Made by a program: the position numbers and the translations under genes. A stretch of DNA of 58,978 nucleotides, the filler included, from Circinaria calcarea (Eukaryota), in assembly GCA_051942165.1 (NCBI GenBank). It is 6 parts of 6 records of this genome, joined end to end, with 100 filler letters (N's around TTAATTAATTAA, not from the genome) between each part and the next. Parts side by side here need not be neighbours in the genome. Positions count along the whole stretch, not along the records: positions 29,630 to 39,352 come from JAVECS010000893.1; positions 39,453 to 49,173 come from JAVECS010000894.1; positions 49,274 to 58,978 come from JAVECS010000895.1; 3 more parts are not named here. One strand, given 5' to 3'. The notes beneath the pieces were generated by a model that saw only the letters and a list, made by a program, of their open reading frames with translations, was not told the DNA's origin and did not search any database. This document shows positions 36,651 through 49,659 of the stretch, piece after piece. The first letter of the stretch is position 1; each line of letters opens with the position of its first letter.

Positions 36651-38261
36651 GGAAGGAGGGAGGTCTGCTTGCGGGGGCGGAGTTGAGGAAAGGATCCGGG
36701 CCGTGGGGTGCAGAGGCACGGGCCCTTTTGGCTTTTCGTTCGACTGTCAGCATTGTTTACTTCCGTTTTGGGCTTCAGGTAAGGAAAGTCGTCGCTTGTC
36801 AAGGGCCTTGTCGCAATAGAAAAGCCGATTGTCGTTCAATCTCATCGCCCTAGGCTAGTATAGTTTTGCGATCAACTAAGCAGAAGATCTTCCCCGCTCG
36901 CTTCGCGATGGGATCGCCCAGATCGGGTTGAGTTCCATAGCCCACACCATCAGGATTTCTGCGCCAAACAATGTTGCCGAGAAGTATATTAGCCTGTATT
37001 TTCGCTACTGAACCCAAAACCCCGGGACAACAACTCATCAGCCCGATTTACGCTCGTTGTATATTCTAAGCTGATGGACCCCCTATATTTCCAATAGAAC
37101 CGACCGGGAGATCGAGGGGCGTTACTCCGTATACCATAAGCGCTAAAAAAAGCATCCAACCTCTCATTTCACTCCCATTACGAATCCAGCTCGCCCAATA
37201 ATCTGCTGGAAACTGCTGCTTTCACCGAAGTGGTCATCACATTCAACATCAGCAGCATTCGTGGATTCTCGGACTGCTGGAGTCAGCTCCGCCGTGGCTG
37301 GCGCTTGCCCATTCCGAGTAAACTCGCTCGGATAGAGTACCGAGCTCTCCATTGGTATCCGCTGCAGCTTGCGGGGTGCCGGCCTTTAAGTTCAGGGCGG
37401 TTATCCTAGAGCTTACTGTTCTCTAAGCCCCTGGAGCTATGGACCACCGCCAAGCTGAATATACGGGCAGTGGTAGGGTCGGTTGAAGTCTGAACTGCTA
37501 ACACACATAGAGGCCCAACGGGGTTTGTGAACTACATGAAGCTTCTGAGCGGGTTGACTTTGGTATCCAAGGGCCTGTTTTGATGATTATGATCTTGTGG
37601 TGTTCTGATGCATCGTTGTCGATAGAAGTTGCTGACACCTGCTGGTCTTTACTGACTCGGTCGGTCGAAACAGGCCACCGTACTACTGTGGTACGGAGTA
37701 CTGCTAAGCGGAGCCTCTATAAAAGCCGTAGGCTCGAGGGCTTTCGCTATTGTCAGAGTACGTCCTTGGCTCTCTTCTTCTTCTTGCTGTTCTCCTTGGA
37801 ATGGCTTGCATACCGCGGTATTGGGTACGCTTGCAGCTGACCATGCATTCGATTTCCCATCAATCATCTTGCAAAACCTCCAATCGTTCCGCAATCACGC
37901 GGTGGCCATGACAACTAAGATTTTAGTGCTCACCCCAATGCACAGACTGAGGTACCTTCGTATTGCTCTACACATCTCTCCTCCTTCTCGCATCCTTTAC
38001 ATACGAGCGGTGAGATGGGGAGAGGACAAGAATGATACATCAGCTGCGCAGCCGAAGGCTGCAGCTTTGCTTTGCTCGGCTCTCTTGGGTGATTTGCTTG
38101 GCACAGCTTTCTCGGGCGCCTTATATTAAACCCTCTGCTCTTTTGTGATTCAGTTTGGATATACTACGGCATCTCCCCTCCAGTCACGCGCAATATATTC
38201 AGTTGTCCCTCTAAAGTAAATATTGGCACCTAGACACTTGACCTCCATCCCTCAAGCCCCA

Positions 38262-39352
38262 ATGTCTTCCCCTACTCCCCCTCCTGTGGATTTCAACAAT
38301 GTTCAAGGTGATATCCTGTAGGGTCATTGTATCCTGCTATCAACTCATCCAGGCTCATTCTTGACAGGGTGGGTCTTCCCAAGAGGACACAAACCTATTA
38401 CTTCTTCCAAATCGACGATGCCCGCGTCCAGCAGTTTCGTGAACAGCTCGCCAAGCTCGTTCCCCTGATCACCACAACCGGGCAGGCCATGAGTGACCGA
38501 CAGAAGATAGCTGACAACAAGAAAAATGCGAGGGACGGAAAACCGCCACTCTTGACCATGAGTGGAGTCAATCTGGCTTTCACCCACAAGGGATTGGTAA
38601 AGGTCGGTTCTACCGCTTGATTCGCTATACGATTAACCTTGACGGATTGTTGACTTTCACTTTTTCATCTTCGCAGTTGGGGATCAACGATGAGATTGGT
38701 GACAGCGCCTTTGATAAAGGCATGCTGGCTGATTCGATGCACCTCGGGGACCAAGGAACCACGTCACCCTCAGGCGCCTTCGACCCCGACTGGATTCCTG
38801 CTTTCAAGCAGGAAATCCACGGCCTGATTTTGATCTCCGGCGATTCTCAGGTGTCAGTTGACAGGAGGAAAGGAGAGATTGAGAGAATATTCCGCGTTAG
38901 GACCCACAGTCCCACCATCCACAAAGTGATTCGCATTATTGGAGATGTCCGGCCGGGAGAGTTGAAGGGTCATGAGCAGTGCGTATTACGTTTTTCGTCG
39001 CAGAACCTCTCGGCCGCTGACATCTTACTGTAGCTTCGGCTTCCTCGATGGCATCTCGGACCCCGCCGTCCAAGGGTTTGACACCAAGCCGTTTCCTGGT
39101 CAGCAGACGGTGCGTCAGGGGATAATCTTGCTTGGCCGAGAAGGCGATGAGACCGCCCGACCGCCCTGGGCTTTGGACGGAAGCCTTCTTTCCTTCCGTT
39201 TTCTCTTCCAGCTTGTTCCTGAATTCGACAAGTTTACAAAGGACCATGCTCTCTCTTTCCCTGGTATAACTCCCGAGGAGGGTGCTGAGCTCCTCGGGGC
39301 CCGCCTAATGGGGCGATGGAAAAGCGGTACGTGGTCCTATATGCTTGTTCTT
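38262..39352 (+). CDS. DyP-type (dye-decolorizing) peroxidase; truncated at contig end
   Basis: NNVQGDIL|VGLPK...YFFQI...GVNLAFTHKGL|LGI...IGDSAFDKGM...RPGELKGHE|HFGFLDGISDP (GxxDG)...DGSLLSFR...QLVPEF...LGARLMGRWKSG. Confidence 0.92.
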
Positions 39353-39452
39353 NNNNNNNNNNNNNNNNNNNNNNNNNNNNNNNNNNNNNNNNNNNNTTAA
39401 TTAATTAANNNNNNNNNNNNNNNNNNNNNNNNNNNNNNNNNNNNNNNNNNNN
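39353..39452. other. Artificial contig spacer
   Basis: N44-TTAATTAATTAA-N44. Confidence 0.98.
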
Positions 39453-39689
39453 CTTCTACCCTTCTACCCTTCCACCTCTCCTCCCTCCCTTCCACTCAAA
39501 CCCCATTTACAGATAATTCCAAACCCCCCCTCCCCCTTTGTTCTTTATATATATATAAAAAATATCCAGGTCCGAAACCAAACGAAGTAAGGTCCCCCGA
39601 CAAGAAAAAAATACCGATTAATCTTTGTTTTGGTTTTTTTTTTTTTTTTTCCCAGGTGGCCAAGTAAGTGATAAGTGGTAACGGGGGAG

Positions 39690-39730
39690 GGTAGAGTAGG
39701 GTAGAGTAGGGTAGGGTAGGGTAGAGTAAG
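39690..39730 (+). repeat. Pentanucleotide microsatellite (GTAGR)n in low-complexity DNA
   Basis: gtagagtagggtagagtagggtagggtagggtagagtaag. A (GGCATT)n tract also occurs at about 40258-40282. Confidence 0.8.
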
Positions 39731-40412
39731 GTACCAGGGAGCAGGGAGCAGCAGTTCAATAAACGAAAACGAAAAAAGGAAAGATTCGAAAAGAGAAGAG
39801 GAGGAGAGGAGAGGGAGCTGCGCGCTTCCGCGGGAACTTATTTCGGGGGAACGATCGCTGGGCTCTCTTTTCTTTCTTTTTTCTTTCTTTTTTCTAACAT
39901 CCATTATATCTCTCTCTCTCTGTCTTATATCATTTTCAAAGAAGCATGAAAAGGGGGCTGGGACTGGGAACTAGGCAATTAATTTAAAAGAAAGTATAAT
40001 AGAGGAATTTCAGATGAGTACCATAGGGACTCGGGGGATTTTGCTTGCTGGTGGGTGAGGTGAGGTTGGCATTGGATTCGGATTCGGTTTGGAGTGGAGG
40101 GAGTTAAGAGAGTAGTTTGGGGGGTGGGATGTGCAAAATAAAAAGCGGGGCATCGAAAGCGTCTTTTTACTCGAATGTGAATCGGAATAAGAGTGAGTTA
40201 AAATAAAAATGGAAATGAAATGAAAAGGACTTTTTGAATCGGTGTGTTGGTGGTGTTGGCATTGGCATTGGCATTGGCATTGAGAAGAAAAGCTGTTACA
40301 CAGACTGGGAACCGGATACGGAATTGGTTGGATTTCATTTTCTATTTTCATTTTCATTTCTTGCTCACGAGAGCGAGCATAAATACTTGTAGCCAAATCC
40401 TTCCGACCATCC

Positions 40413-41910
40413 CTAATACGTCCTCGCCAGATTCCTTAAATACCAATCCACCAGCCTCCTGCCCACTTTCGCCTCGCTGACATGGATGAGATCCCCTTGT
40501 ATCGCATAGTCTAATTCATTACTGTTGACTATTTCCCCGTCCAGTAGCCCACCCTCACTCCACCGTACTTGCCGGCTCCGCTGCTTGTTGACTAGTAACC
40601 AGCCCCTTAGTCTCTCCGGATCAACTTCGAGGAAGCCCGCGAGTTTCTTCAGGTCCATGGTTGTGTAGAGCTTGAGATAGGATTTTACCGTCGGCGAATA
40701 CATGTTGTTGCGGACTTCTTCCATGAAGATGGAGAGGTGGTGCTCGACGGGGTCAACATTCAGGGATGGATTATCGAAGTCGGGTGGGGTGGGGGAGATG
40801 AATTTAGGGCAGGCGCTGCGGAAGAGCTCCTCGAAGAGGGGCAGGGACTCCGGCCCCCCGCGCTGGAGCTTGGTGAGCTGATCGCCGTACTTTTCGCGCA
40901 GGGCGGTGTGGATGGTATCATCGAGCTTGGTGGGGTGGAAGGCGACGCAGAGGGCGACAAGGGCGTACATTTGGTCATTCTTCTTGGTGATACTGTCGTA
41001 CTGGGCGTTCTTCTGGAAGTTCTTGGTGCGGCTGACGTACACGAGGATGTGGGAGAACATGCGAATGGCGTCGGCATAGCGGCGCATCATCATGTAGGAG
41101 AAGCCAACATAGTAGTACGTCGTAAAGTGCGCCGCCATGACGCGCGCGAACATGGCCTTTTTGTTGAGCTCGATGTCGTCGAGCGTCTTGAGGGCGAGGC
41201 TAAAGTCCCCGAGTAGGCAGTGCACACGCAGGAGGCCGATAATGGAAAAGTAGCCGAGCATGCGGTAGAGGTTGCGGGAGCCGTATTCGCCCGCGACGGC
41301 CATGGGTTCTTCGTTGCGCTTCATGGCGGCCAGTTGCTCGTTGATGTGGGAGCGTTGGATGAGGGAGTAGAGGACGTTGAGAACGGAATAACAGCCCCAT
41401 GTGTTGGGGTTATCCCGCAGCAGCTGGGCTTCTTCTTCGTTGGAGTTTGTCCGCGCAACACGGTTGCGGTAGCGGCAGAAGGATTCGAATTGGTAGATGA
41501 ATTCGTCAATAACATCCCAGGCCCAGTAGTACTATCGAAGCCGTCAGTCCCACCCACTACCATAAGATGCGCCAGATACCCATGCTCACCGAAGGCACCT
41601 CCAGGTCCACCGGCCCGTCCGAGTTCAAAATGAAGTGGAAGAGACTGCAGTAGTTGTCGTAACTCGCAAATTTCGTTTCCAGCGTGGCTTGATATTCTAA
41701 TGGCGTGGCAGCAGCAGCAAGCTGAGCTTGCATATCCTGCATCTGTCCTCCTCCCATCGAAGTCGTCCGGTCCAATTCGCTCATGCCATCCTCGAAATGC
41801 GCTTGCTCCTTGTAGTCATTGACCAATGCTTCCTCCTCTCGGTCCGACACATCTTCATTCACCTGCTGACTATCCGCCGTCGCGTAGTTTGCACGTTGGT
41901 ACAGGGCCAT
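40413..41910 (-). CDS. EIF3L: Translation initiation factor eIF3 subunit L
   Basis: ETKFASYDNYCSLFHFILNSDGPVDLEVPS|YYWAWDVIDEF...LYRMLGYFSIIGLLRVHCLLGDF...ACPKFISP...SYLKLYTTM...DLIHVSEAKVGRR; intron 41532-41589. Confidence 0.95.
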
Positions 41911-42095
41911 ACTGGCAGTGACTTTGGTGGTGACAAACGGTAGGCCGGGGAGGTTTTGGGAACTTTAGTGAAATCAAGGGTTTCGCTTCTAGCCCCATGT
42001 CTTATCTTAGCGTTATCGCATCTTGAAGTCACAACGGCGTGGGCAGAAAGGCGCCTTCCTCCCAAATCTACATTGTGTTGAGGTTCTCACCTGCC

Positions 42096-43244
42096 ATGGC
42101 TCCCGTATACAAAGTTGCTGTCATTCAGCTATACCCCCAGGTTCTAAATTCAAGTCTCTCATGTGTAGATTTTGCTGACCCGTTTGCCAGCCTATGCAGA
42201 TAGAAGGCAATTACGCCAAAGCAGCAGAATTCATCGAAAGCGCCGCGTCGCAGGGCGCTCAGCTTGCAGTTCTCCCTGAATACCACTTGACCAACTGGAT
42301 CCCAGAGGACCCTAACTTTGCTAACCTCTGCGGACAATGGAAGTTATACCTTGAAAAGTACCAAGCACTTGCCAAAGCCAACAACATCTGCATCGTCCCT
42401 GGCACTATCGTTGAGCGCCACCAACATGCTGAAAGTGAAGAGGAGAAGCTCCTTAACGTAGCATATTTCATTAATAATCATGGTGAAATCCTTGGTAGTT
42501 ATCAAAAGAAGAATTTATGGTATATCACCCGATTCCTTTCAGTACCAAAGCCCCAGCTCGAATGGGGTGTTGTGAACCACTGCCGACATGATCAAAGGCA
42601 TCCTGAACGGCCACACTTGACCTCCAGTACACACGAAGCGCATCGTGTAATACAAACCCCGATTGGCCCAGTGGGCCTGTTAATATGTTGGGATCTCGCA
42701 TTCCCTGAAGCGTTTCGAGAACTCATAGCCAACGGCGCAAAGACAATAATTATTCCCACCTTCTGTAGGTCTCCGACGTGTTTCTTTGAAATCAAATTCA
42801 ACCAGCAACGGTGATTTTGATTGGTAATCAGGGACGTTAAGTGACTGCTCTCCCTATGGTCTAAAACTGAACCCTCGGGCTGAGGCCCTCTTTCTAACCT
42901 CTACCTTAACATCCCGGACATTTGAAAATACGTGTGCAGTCATTTTCGCGAATGCGGGAGGTCCTGCAAAGTCTTCCGCCTCACCCAACAATCCCACTCC
43001 ATACGCAGGTCACTCGTGTGTCACAATGCCCTTTGTTGGGGCTTTGGGTGATGAAACAAAGGACAGTGGAGAAGAAGGGATGAGTATCGTGGAAATGGAT
43101 ATGCAAATATTAGAGGAAGCCGAGAAACAATACAAGGTCAGAGAAGACATTGCACGGGAGGATTGGCATTACATATACAGGCACACCTCTAGGGATGGCG
43201 GTGATAATGATGGCAAGGAGGACGCGGCGAAAGCAAAGCTATAA
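42096..43244 (+). CDS. Nitrilase-superfamily carbon-nitrogen hydrolase; multi-exon
   Basis: KVAVIQL, catalytic triad motifs VLPEY (Glu), YQKKNLW|HPER (Lys) and GLLICWDLAFPEAFR (Cys). Confidence 0.9.
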
Positions 43245-43623
43245 TACATCACAAATTGTTTCTGGCGTTAGGTGTATGCAACAAACTGTACATGAAATGA
43301 GCAAGAAGAAGCATTTCGTCGTAAAGGACATCAGTGCCCTCTCAAGGAGCCTGTCTGTCTATGTACCTTCATTGTACATGCGCCCAGCAACTGAAACGGG
43401 GTATCTAGCATAAACGCTTAAGCCACATAGGAGAACACATTACTCCGGACCGAAGCGCCTGGTCGTATTGACGCCAACACCCTCGACTGGCGCGGTTTGC
43501 AGTAGCCTTTACCCGCTCCAGCATTCGAAAAGGCTAGCAGCACCAGCCACCATCAGTTATCCCTAAACCCGCATATGCCCAGAAAGATGTCATGGAAACA
43601 TTATTATCACCAAGAACTCGATC

Positions 43624-45293
43624 TCAAGCAACGATGGTGTTCGCAGTCCAACTGCCTCCAGGTTGGGCATTGGGGAAGCCTGTCAATTCATCCTCGTCTG
43701 ATTCCAATCCGTCTTCACTCCCATCCATGTTCAGCATTTGGAACCGGTTGACCATCGGGTTAAGTTTCGTAGCCGGGAGAGAACCGTTTTCTTTCTTCGG
43801 AATGTACTGAGTCTTCGGTAGGGGCTGTGCACACTCGTCAGGGTACCACTCGATCCGCATACCCTTGTAGGTGCCTCTTGACATCATGCACGTTCGGGCA
43901 AAGAGTGAGTTATGCACCGAGTTCAAGGAAATGAGCACGTCGCCTTGCCGGAAGACAATGTCGATAACTACAAGGTTGTGAATGTGATCAAGGTCCTCAC
44001 GAATACGCTCCGCGGTAATGTTGGCATGGACGCCACGGATGATAAGGTTCCGTGAAGAGCCGCTCTGGATCTTGCCAGCAACGTGTCCAGGGAGAATGAA
44101 TTGACGGTCATTCCAAACAAACTCGGCCTAAGTCGAGTTGTTAGCTCATGACACTCAAACAATACGCAGCTATACCCACCCTTTTGCCGTGGATGTAGAT
44201 ATCGTTCCTTTTAGCGTAATTCATGAAAGCTTGAGCGGCGACTCCCTCGACGAATGAAACACTAGCAGTCTTATCATTCGACCGCAAGTAAATATCCAGC
44301 ACGGCACCGCCTCGGACAATGTCAACGATATCCTTATGTGTCACGCGATCAGAGAGATTCTTGATGATGATTGTTCGTTGCTCAGCTCTTGCGTAATGTT
44401 GTCTGTCAGCAGCTGGCGTTGGTTGGCTTTGATCATCCTTCTCAAGATCTGAGGGAAATGAGCTATCATCGTGACTAAAACTCTGTTGTCTTCCATAATT
44501 GCCGCTCCTCTCTTTGAGGTAGCCATTGTTGATGTGCGACCTCGGTGGCCATTGTGGGCTTGGAGTATTCGCGGCGAAAGCCGTAGAAGGAGCAGACGCT
44601 CTAACTGGATGAGTCTGATGATGACTGACAATGACGCCTCCAGTGACATCTGTGCTGTCATCTCTAAACCGCTCCATTGGGGTTTGGGTAGGAGCTTCGC
44701 CAGCATCGCCACGAAGGAGAACCTTCATACGGCAATTAGCTACAGAATATATCCTGGGGTTCTTAGAACACACTTCTAATGTTTCTGGTGCTATCCCTCC
44801 ACGATACAAAGCACTCCTGAGTGTAGCTATTCAAGAAATCAGTAATCTAGGGGTACAGGAATAACCGCGTCATCTTTTGGACTGAGAGAGCATAGCTGAT
44901 ACGGTCCAAGGCTTGAAAGACATACTGTACTCTTGCGCCATGCGAAGCTAAAGGTTCCTTGTATAAGCAAAGACCCTCAAGATCCCTCAAACAGCCTTTG
45001 TGGGAGTTCTTCATAGCGCGTCACTCACTAGGTTATCATGGTCGCACTTTGGGATCGTAACAGTCGGCAAATTTAGAGGTGTAGCCAGGTCTTCTCCAGA
45101 GATGTGCTATGTATAAAGTGTGAGCTTCAGCAGATCAATATATCCGTAGGCTGTGTGGACCGACAAATTCAGCACTGTTTACATCCTCAGCTTTACTGCT
45201 TCACATCAACGCGATATGGCAACGGTCTGCAGTCACTCACCGCCGCAGTAGCGTCTCAAAGTAAGCCTTGTCGATCGTCACAGTGGCGGCCAT
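43624..45293 (-). CDS. RRM-domain RNA-binding protein (two C-terminal RRM-like domains); multi-exon
   Basis: MAATVTIDKAYFETLLR|RAEF|...; RTIIIKNLSDRVTHKDIVDIVRGGAVLDIYL...ASVSFVE; SRNLIIRG...IREDLDHIHNLVVI...LNSVHNSLFARTCMMSR...YPDECAQP. Confidence 0.85.
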
Positions 45294-46584
45294 AATGAAC
45301 AATTGACTGCGGTCCAGTCGTCAGGTTATAGAACAATTTGTTAGAAAGGTAACTGTAGCTTGGGCCTTATCGTGGAAAGTAGGGCTGATTTAGAGAGTCC
45401 ACCTTCCTTGATCGGGTCACCTACAACCCTGAATACTTACCCCGGATATTAAAAGAGCTTGGCATTTTCTATTTTTAGAGTTGAGGCTTTAAAACGCGTC
45501 TACTGAGTAGGGACCATTGAATTGACGTCCCATATATAAGTAAGCATAGGGTAACTAGAGACACCTTTGTCAATTGGCATCCTGCGTCCTACGAGTACTT
45601 ATCGGCGTCCCTTAAATGCTTGTCTACCGGGGTTTGGAGCACAGGGTATTTGGAACAGCAGTATATCGCCCGTTATCACGCCATTTGGGTACCCCATATT
45701 CTGGTTACGTATGTATCCGTTCAGCCTACTGCCAGGGTAAAATACCCATGGGTTCGGGAACAAACGATTCTATGATCCTGTGCTGGATCATATACGAAGG
45801 TTCTATTTCGGCCTGCTATCAGTTGACGTATTAACTCATTAAACTCGCCCTCAACTTCAGTTACATTCCTGGCACCCTGCTCGAAATTGCTAGATATTAA
45901 GGGAAGCATTTTTTACCGGCCGAAGCACTGCTTACCTATGCTTGATCTTCATAGGACGTCGATAGGGGTAAGGAGTGGTCAGTCCCCTATTCGGGTGAAT
46001 ACGGTAGCCAGGAACATCCGAGAAGCCAACTGGGTCGTGCCCAAAGCATGCCTTGTCATTGGCTCCATCCTCCTTCTCACAGAGCAGAGAGCAAAGTCCC
46101 TCGTTATCTAGCGTACGAGCCGTACAGCATGTCTGAACTCGATCCTCACCTACGCGGCGGGGGAAGTTGGGCTACCCATACATCTTATTCTCGATGGGCC
46201 ACCTAGTAAAGGGAGGCTACGCTCTGGCCCCAATCAAAGCTCCCGCCATAATCTTAGAACATGCAAGACACAATTGAATTGAAACGGCGGCAGGCCTTGG
46301 AGAATCCATACTTTGGGTTACACTAATCTAAGATACAGCATGATCGTCAAGCGCTTCAAGAGTCAACGAGTATGTTCGCCAACATGTGCAGTCATGATTG
46401 GTGTCTATTGAAGTCACATCGAGCACCTATCCGGATCGCAGCTCAGGGCCAAAGATACCAAAAGTATATATGTGGTGGGGTTTGGAGGGGTATGGTCTAA
46501 AAGGGACTCGATATATGTTCTTTCAATACCTCCGTGTTCCTGGGAGAATGACCTCCACCTAGCTTCATAAAAACAGGCATTAGA

Positions 46585-49173
46585 ATGTCGTTCTTGAAAG
46601 TCTTCGTCTCAATGGCATCAAGTCTCCATGCATGGGAGACCCAAGCTCTAGTTGCGGCGTTTTCTGTACTGTTGATTGCTGCAGGAATATTTACTACTTT
46701 GTTCTGGAAATCCAAAGGATTGGCGTCTTCCTTGAATGCTGTGTCCAACTTTTGTAGGTTCTTTTATGCTAGCTTCCTAAAGCCTCATACTGGAGATGGC
46801 CATACTTCGGGCCAGCAAGCAGCACTGGAGAGTTTCTATAAAGCCCAGGTTAGTCCCAAATATCTATATGAACAAACGTAATAACTGACAAGACTGCGAG
46901 TAGGCCGACGTTTATGATGCAACCCGCGGAAAGCTTCTGTGTGGTCGGAAGGACATGCTGGGATTGGTCGCTGCACAACTCAAGTATAAAGCTGAAAGAG
47001 GTGCTTGGACTTACAAGAAGCCCGTCTGGGTCGACGTGGGCGGTGGTACAGGATGGAATATCGAAGCAATGGGAAAGGTTCTGGATGTACCCACATTCTT
47101 CGCTGATGTATATTTAATCGACCTTTCACCGTCGCTATGCCAGGTTGCCCGAAAAAGATTTGCACGCCTTGGATGGACCAACGTAAAGGTGGTTTGCCAA
47201 GACGCTCGCTCGTTTCGATTGGACCATGCAGAAGTAAAAGCAGGTGGTTCAGAGAGGGAGAAGTCTGCCACCCCAGATGCTCAAGCAGACTTGATCACAT
47301 TTTCATATAGCTTGAGCATGATACCCGACTACTACAGTGTTGTAGACTCGCTTTCCAGTCTCCTCGGCCCTTCCGGACTGGTGGGCGTGGTCGATTTCTA
47401 CGTACAGAGCGTTGTGGAGACTACCGGCCGCAACTACATCGGTGGCTCCATTCAACGCCATGTCAACTGGGTCTCTCGTAATTTCTGGCGCGCATGGTTC
47501 GAACTCGATAGGGTCGGCTTGGAAGGGGCAAAGAGGGTAAGTGTCCCTTATTAGCAGAGCTAGGATTCTAATACTGAACTCAATCGCGAACACTTAGGAT
47601 TATCTGGAGTATCGATTTGGTACGCTTAAGTCTGTCGACGAGAGGAATTATCTCTTTGGCGGTCTCTGCATTCCCTATTATATTTTCCTTGGAGTTGCAA
47701 AGCTTTCGCCTTCGGCATCTAGAGATGGAGACCCTATTGGGCGCCTTGACGCGGCATGTACGGAATCACCGTACCTTTCCCCACGGCAGCATCGTCTTGA
47801 TATGTCACATGCCGCGGATACCTTTGTTAGATCCAAAGCCTACGACTCTGCTATTATTAACTTGAGTGCTAATCTTCCGCTGCCCTCTACGTTCTATCAG
47901 AACCACACTTGGCGCATCTATTACGATGAGCACCAACCACAACATACTCGATTCAACAACAAATATATATATGCATTCACTTGGGAGGATTCTCGAGTCG
48001 ATCAACGGCTGCTCAGGATATGCCCCGATGACGTGGTTTTGTGTATTTCCTCAGCGGGGGACAATCTCCTCGATTATTTGATTTCTTCTAACCCAAAGCG
48101 CATTCATGCGGTCGATCTCAACCCGAGTCAGAACCACCTCTTAGAACTGAAAATTGCCGCCTTCCAATCCCTCCCATATTCCGACTTTTGGAGATTATTT
48201 GGAGAAGGCAAGCATTCTGCATTTCGAGAGCTTCTGATCAACAAAATCAGTCCGCATATTAGTTCGCAAGCGTTCCAATTCTGGTGGAGCAATGCCAGTG
48301 TCTTCGCATCGTCGGGGGGATTATTCGAGACAGGAGGGTAAGATCCGTACAACCGTTGCCATCTATGCACGCGCTGATTTCGTAACCAGTTCCGGGCATG
48401 CCATTAAGCTAGTACGATGGCTGTTCTGGATTTCTGGCTTGACACCGACTGTAAAACGTCTTTGTGAGGCCAAGACACTTAATGAGCAGAGAGAGTTGTG
48501 GCTACTTCAAATCCGAAGGGTACTTATGAGCCGAGTACTCCATTGGATTGTGATCGGTGGAAACTTTCTGTGGAAGGCTGCTGGTGTACCTCCGGCGCAA
48601 CGGGCCATGATTGTCTCTGATCACCTTGAAAATGGAGTTTTGAACCCGTTCAGTATCAATCTTAACGACAACAGCGGGGAAGCAATGTGGGAATACATCG
48701 AGAACACATTGGGTCCGGTGGCCCAGGAGACCCTTATTAGCGACGACAATTTTTACTATCTCCTTGCACTTCAGGGGAAATATTCGAGAAGGTGGGTTGA
48801 TCACATAGGTACAAAAATTGGCTCAAGCTTATCGATTATGGGACAGATGCCATCCACCATATTTGTCTGCAAAGGCTCACGCAAAGTTGTCCCGTCCTGG
48901 CGCATTTGATGGTCTTCGCATACATACCGATGAGATTAATGAAGTAATTGCCCGTATCGCACCAAGAACGTTGACAGTTGCCGTGCTCATGGACTCTATG
49001 GATTGGTTCCACCCTGGGACGAATGCTGCTGCAATACAAATTCGAGCTCTGAACCACGCTTTGAAATTAGGGGGCAGAGTCTTACTACGATCAGCAGGTC
49101 TTAAGCCTTGGTATATCGCACCTTTCGAGGCATTGGGCTTCACATCGCGCCGAGTCGGAGCTCGTTTACCAGG
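46585..49173 (+). CDS. BTA1: Betaine lipid (DGTS) synthase: SAM methyltransferase plus BtaA/DUF3419 domain; truncated at contig end
   Basis: N-terminal TM; QQAALESFYKAQ|ADVYDATRGKLL; WVDVGGGTGWNIE; TFSYSLSMIPDY; YIYAFTWED; ISSAGDN; AVDLNPSQNHLLELK; LRIHTDEINEV; MDSMDWF; GGRVLLRSAG. Confidence 0.93.
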
Positions 49174-49273
49174 NNNNNNNNNNNNNNNNNNNNNNNNNNN
49201 NNNNNNNNNNNNNNNNNTTAATTAATTAANNNNNNNNNNNNNNNNNNNNNNNNNNNNNNNNNNNNNNNNNNNN
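49174..49273. other. Artificial contig spacer
   Basis: N44-TTAATTAATTAA-N44. Confidence 0.98.
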
Positions 49274-49659
49274 ATGCTGGAGGGTTGTGATCTGGATATG
49301 GAATGGAGAGGGGAGTTTTTCTCTTTTTAATTTTTTTTTTGGGGGGGGGGATGGGGGATGGACCAGACAGAAACAGGAGTATGCTTCCCTTTGTGACGTC
49401 ACAGTGATTCAGAGAAGCAAAGAGGACAACTGGTGAAAAAAGTGTGACGAGAGTAAATTAATCCAGCTTCGGATCTCTGGATCTGGATTCCGGAACATAT
49501 GTCCCGGAATCCACAGTGCCCGTAAACAAGGTGTATGTACATACTGTGAAATGTAGCCGAAACGTGCAGACGATAGATATGTACGAGCCGGCCACTCCAT
49601 ATCGAGGACCGAGCACAACCGATGATTTATACATAACCACTCCCCAGAGATCCCCATCA

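Noticed and set aside
34725..36753. Minus-strand protein kinase (HGD and DFG-like words)
   Set aside because: Motif spacing and frames are inconsistent; splice signals favour a plus-strand gene.
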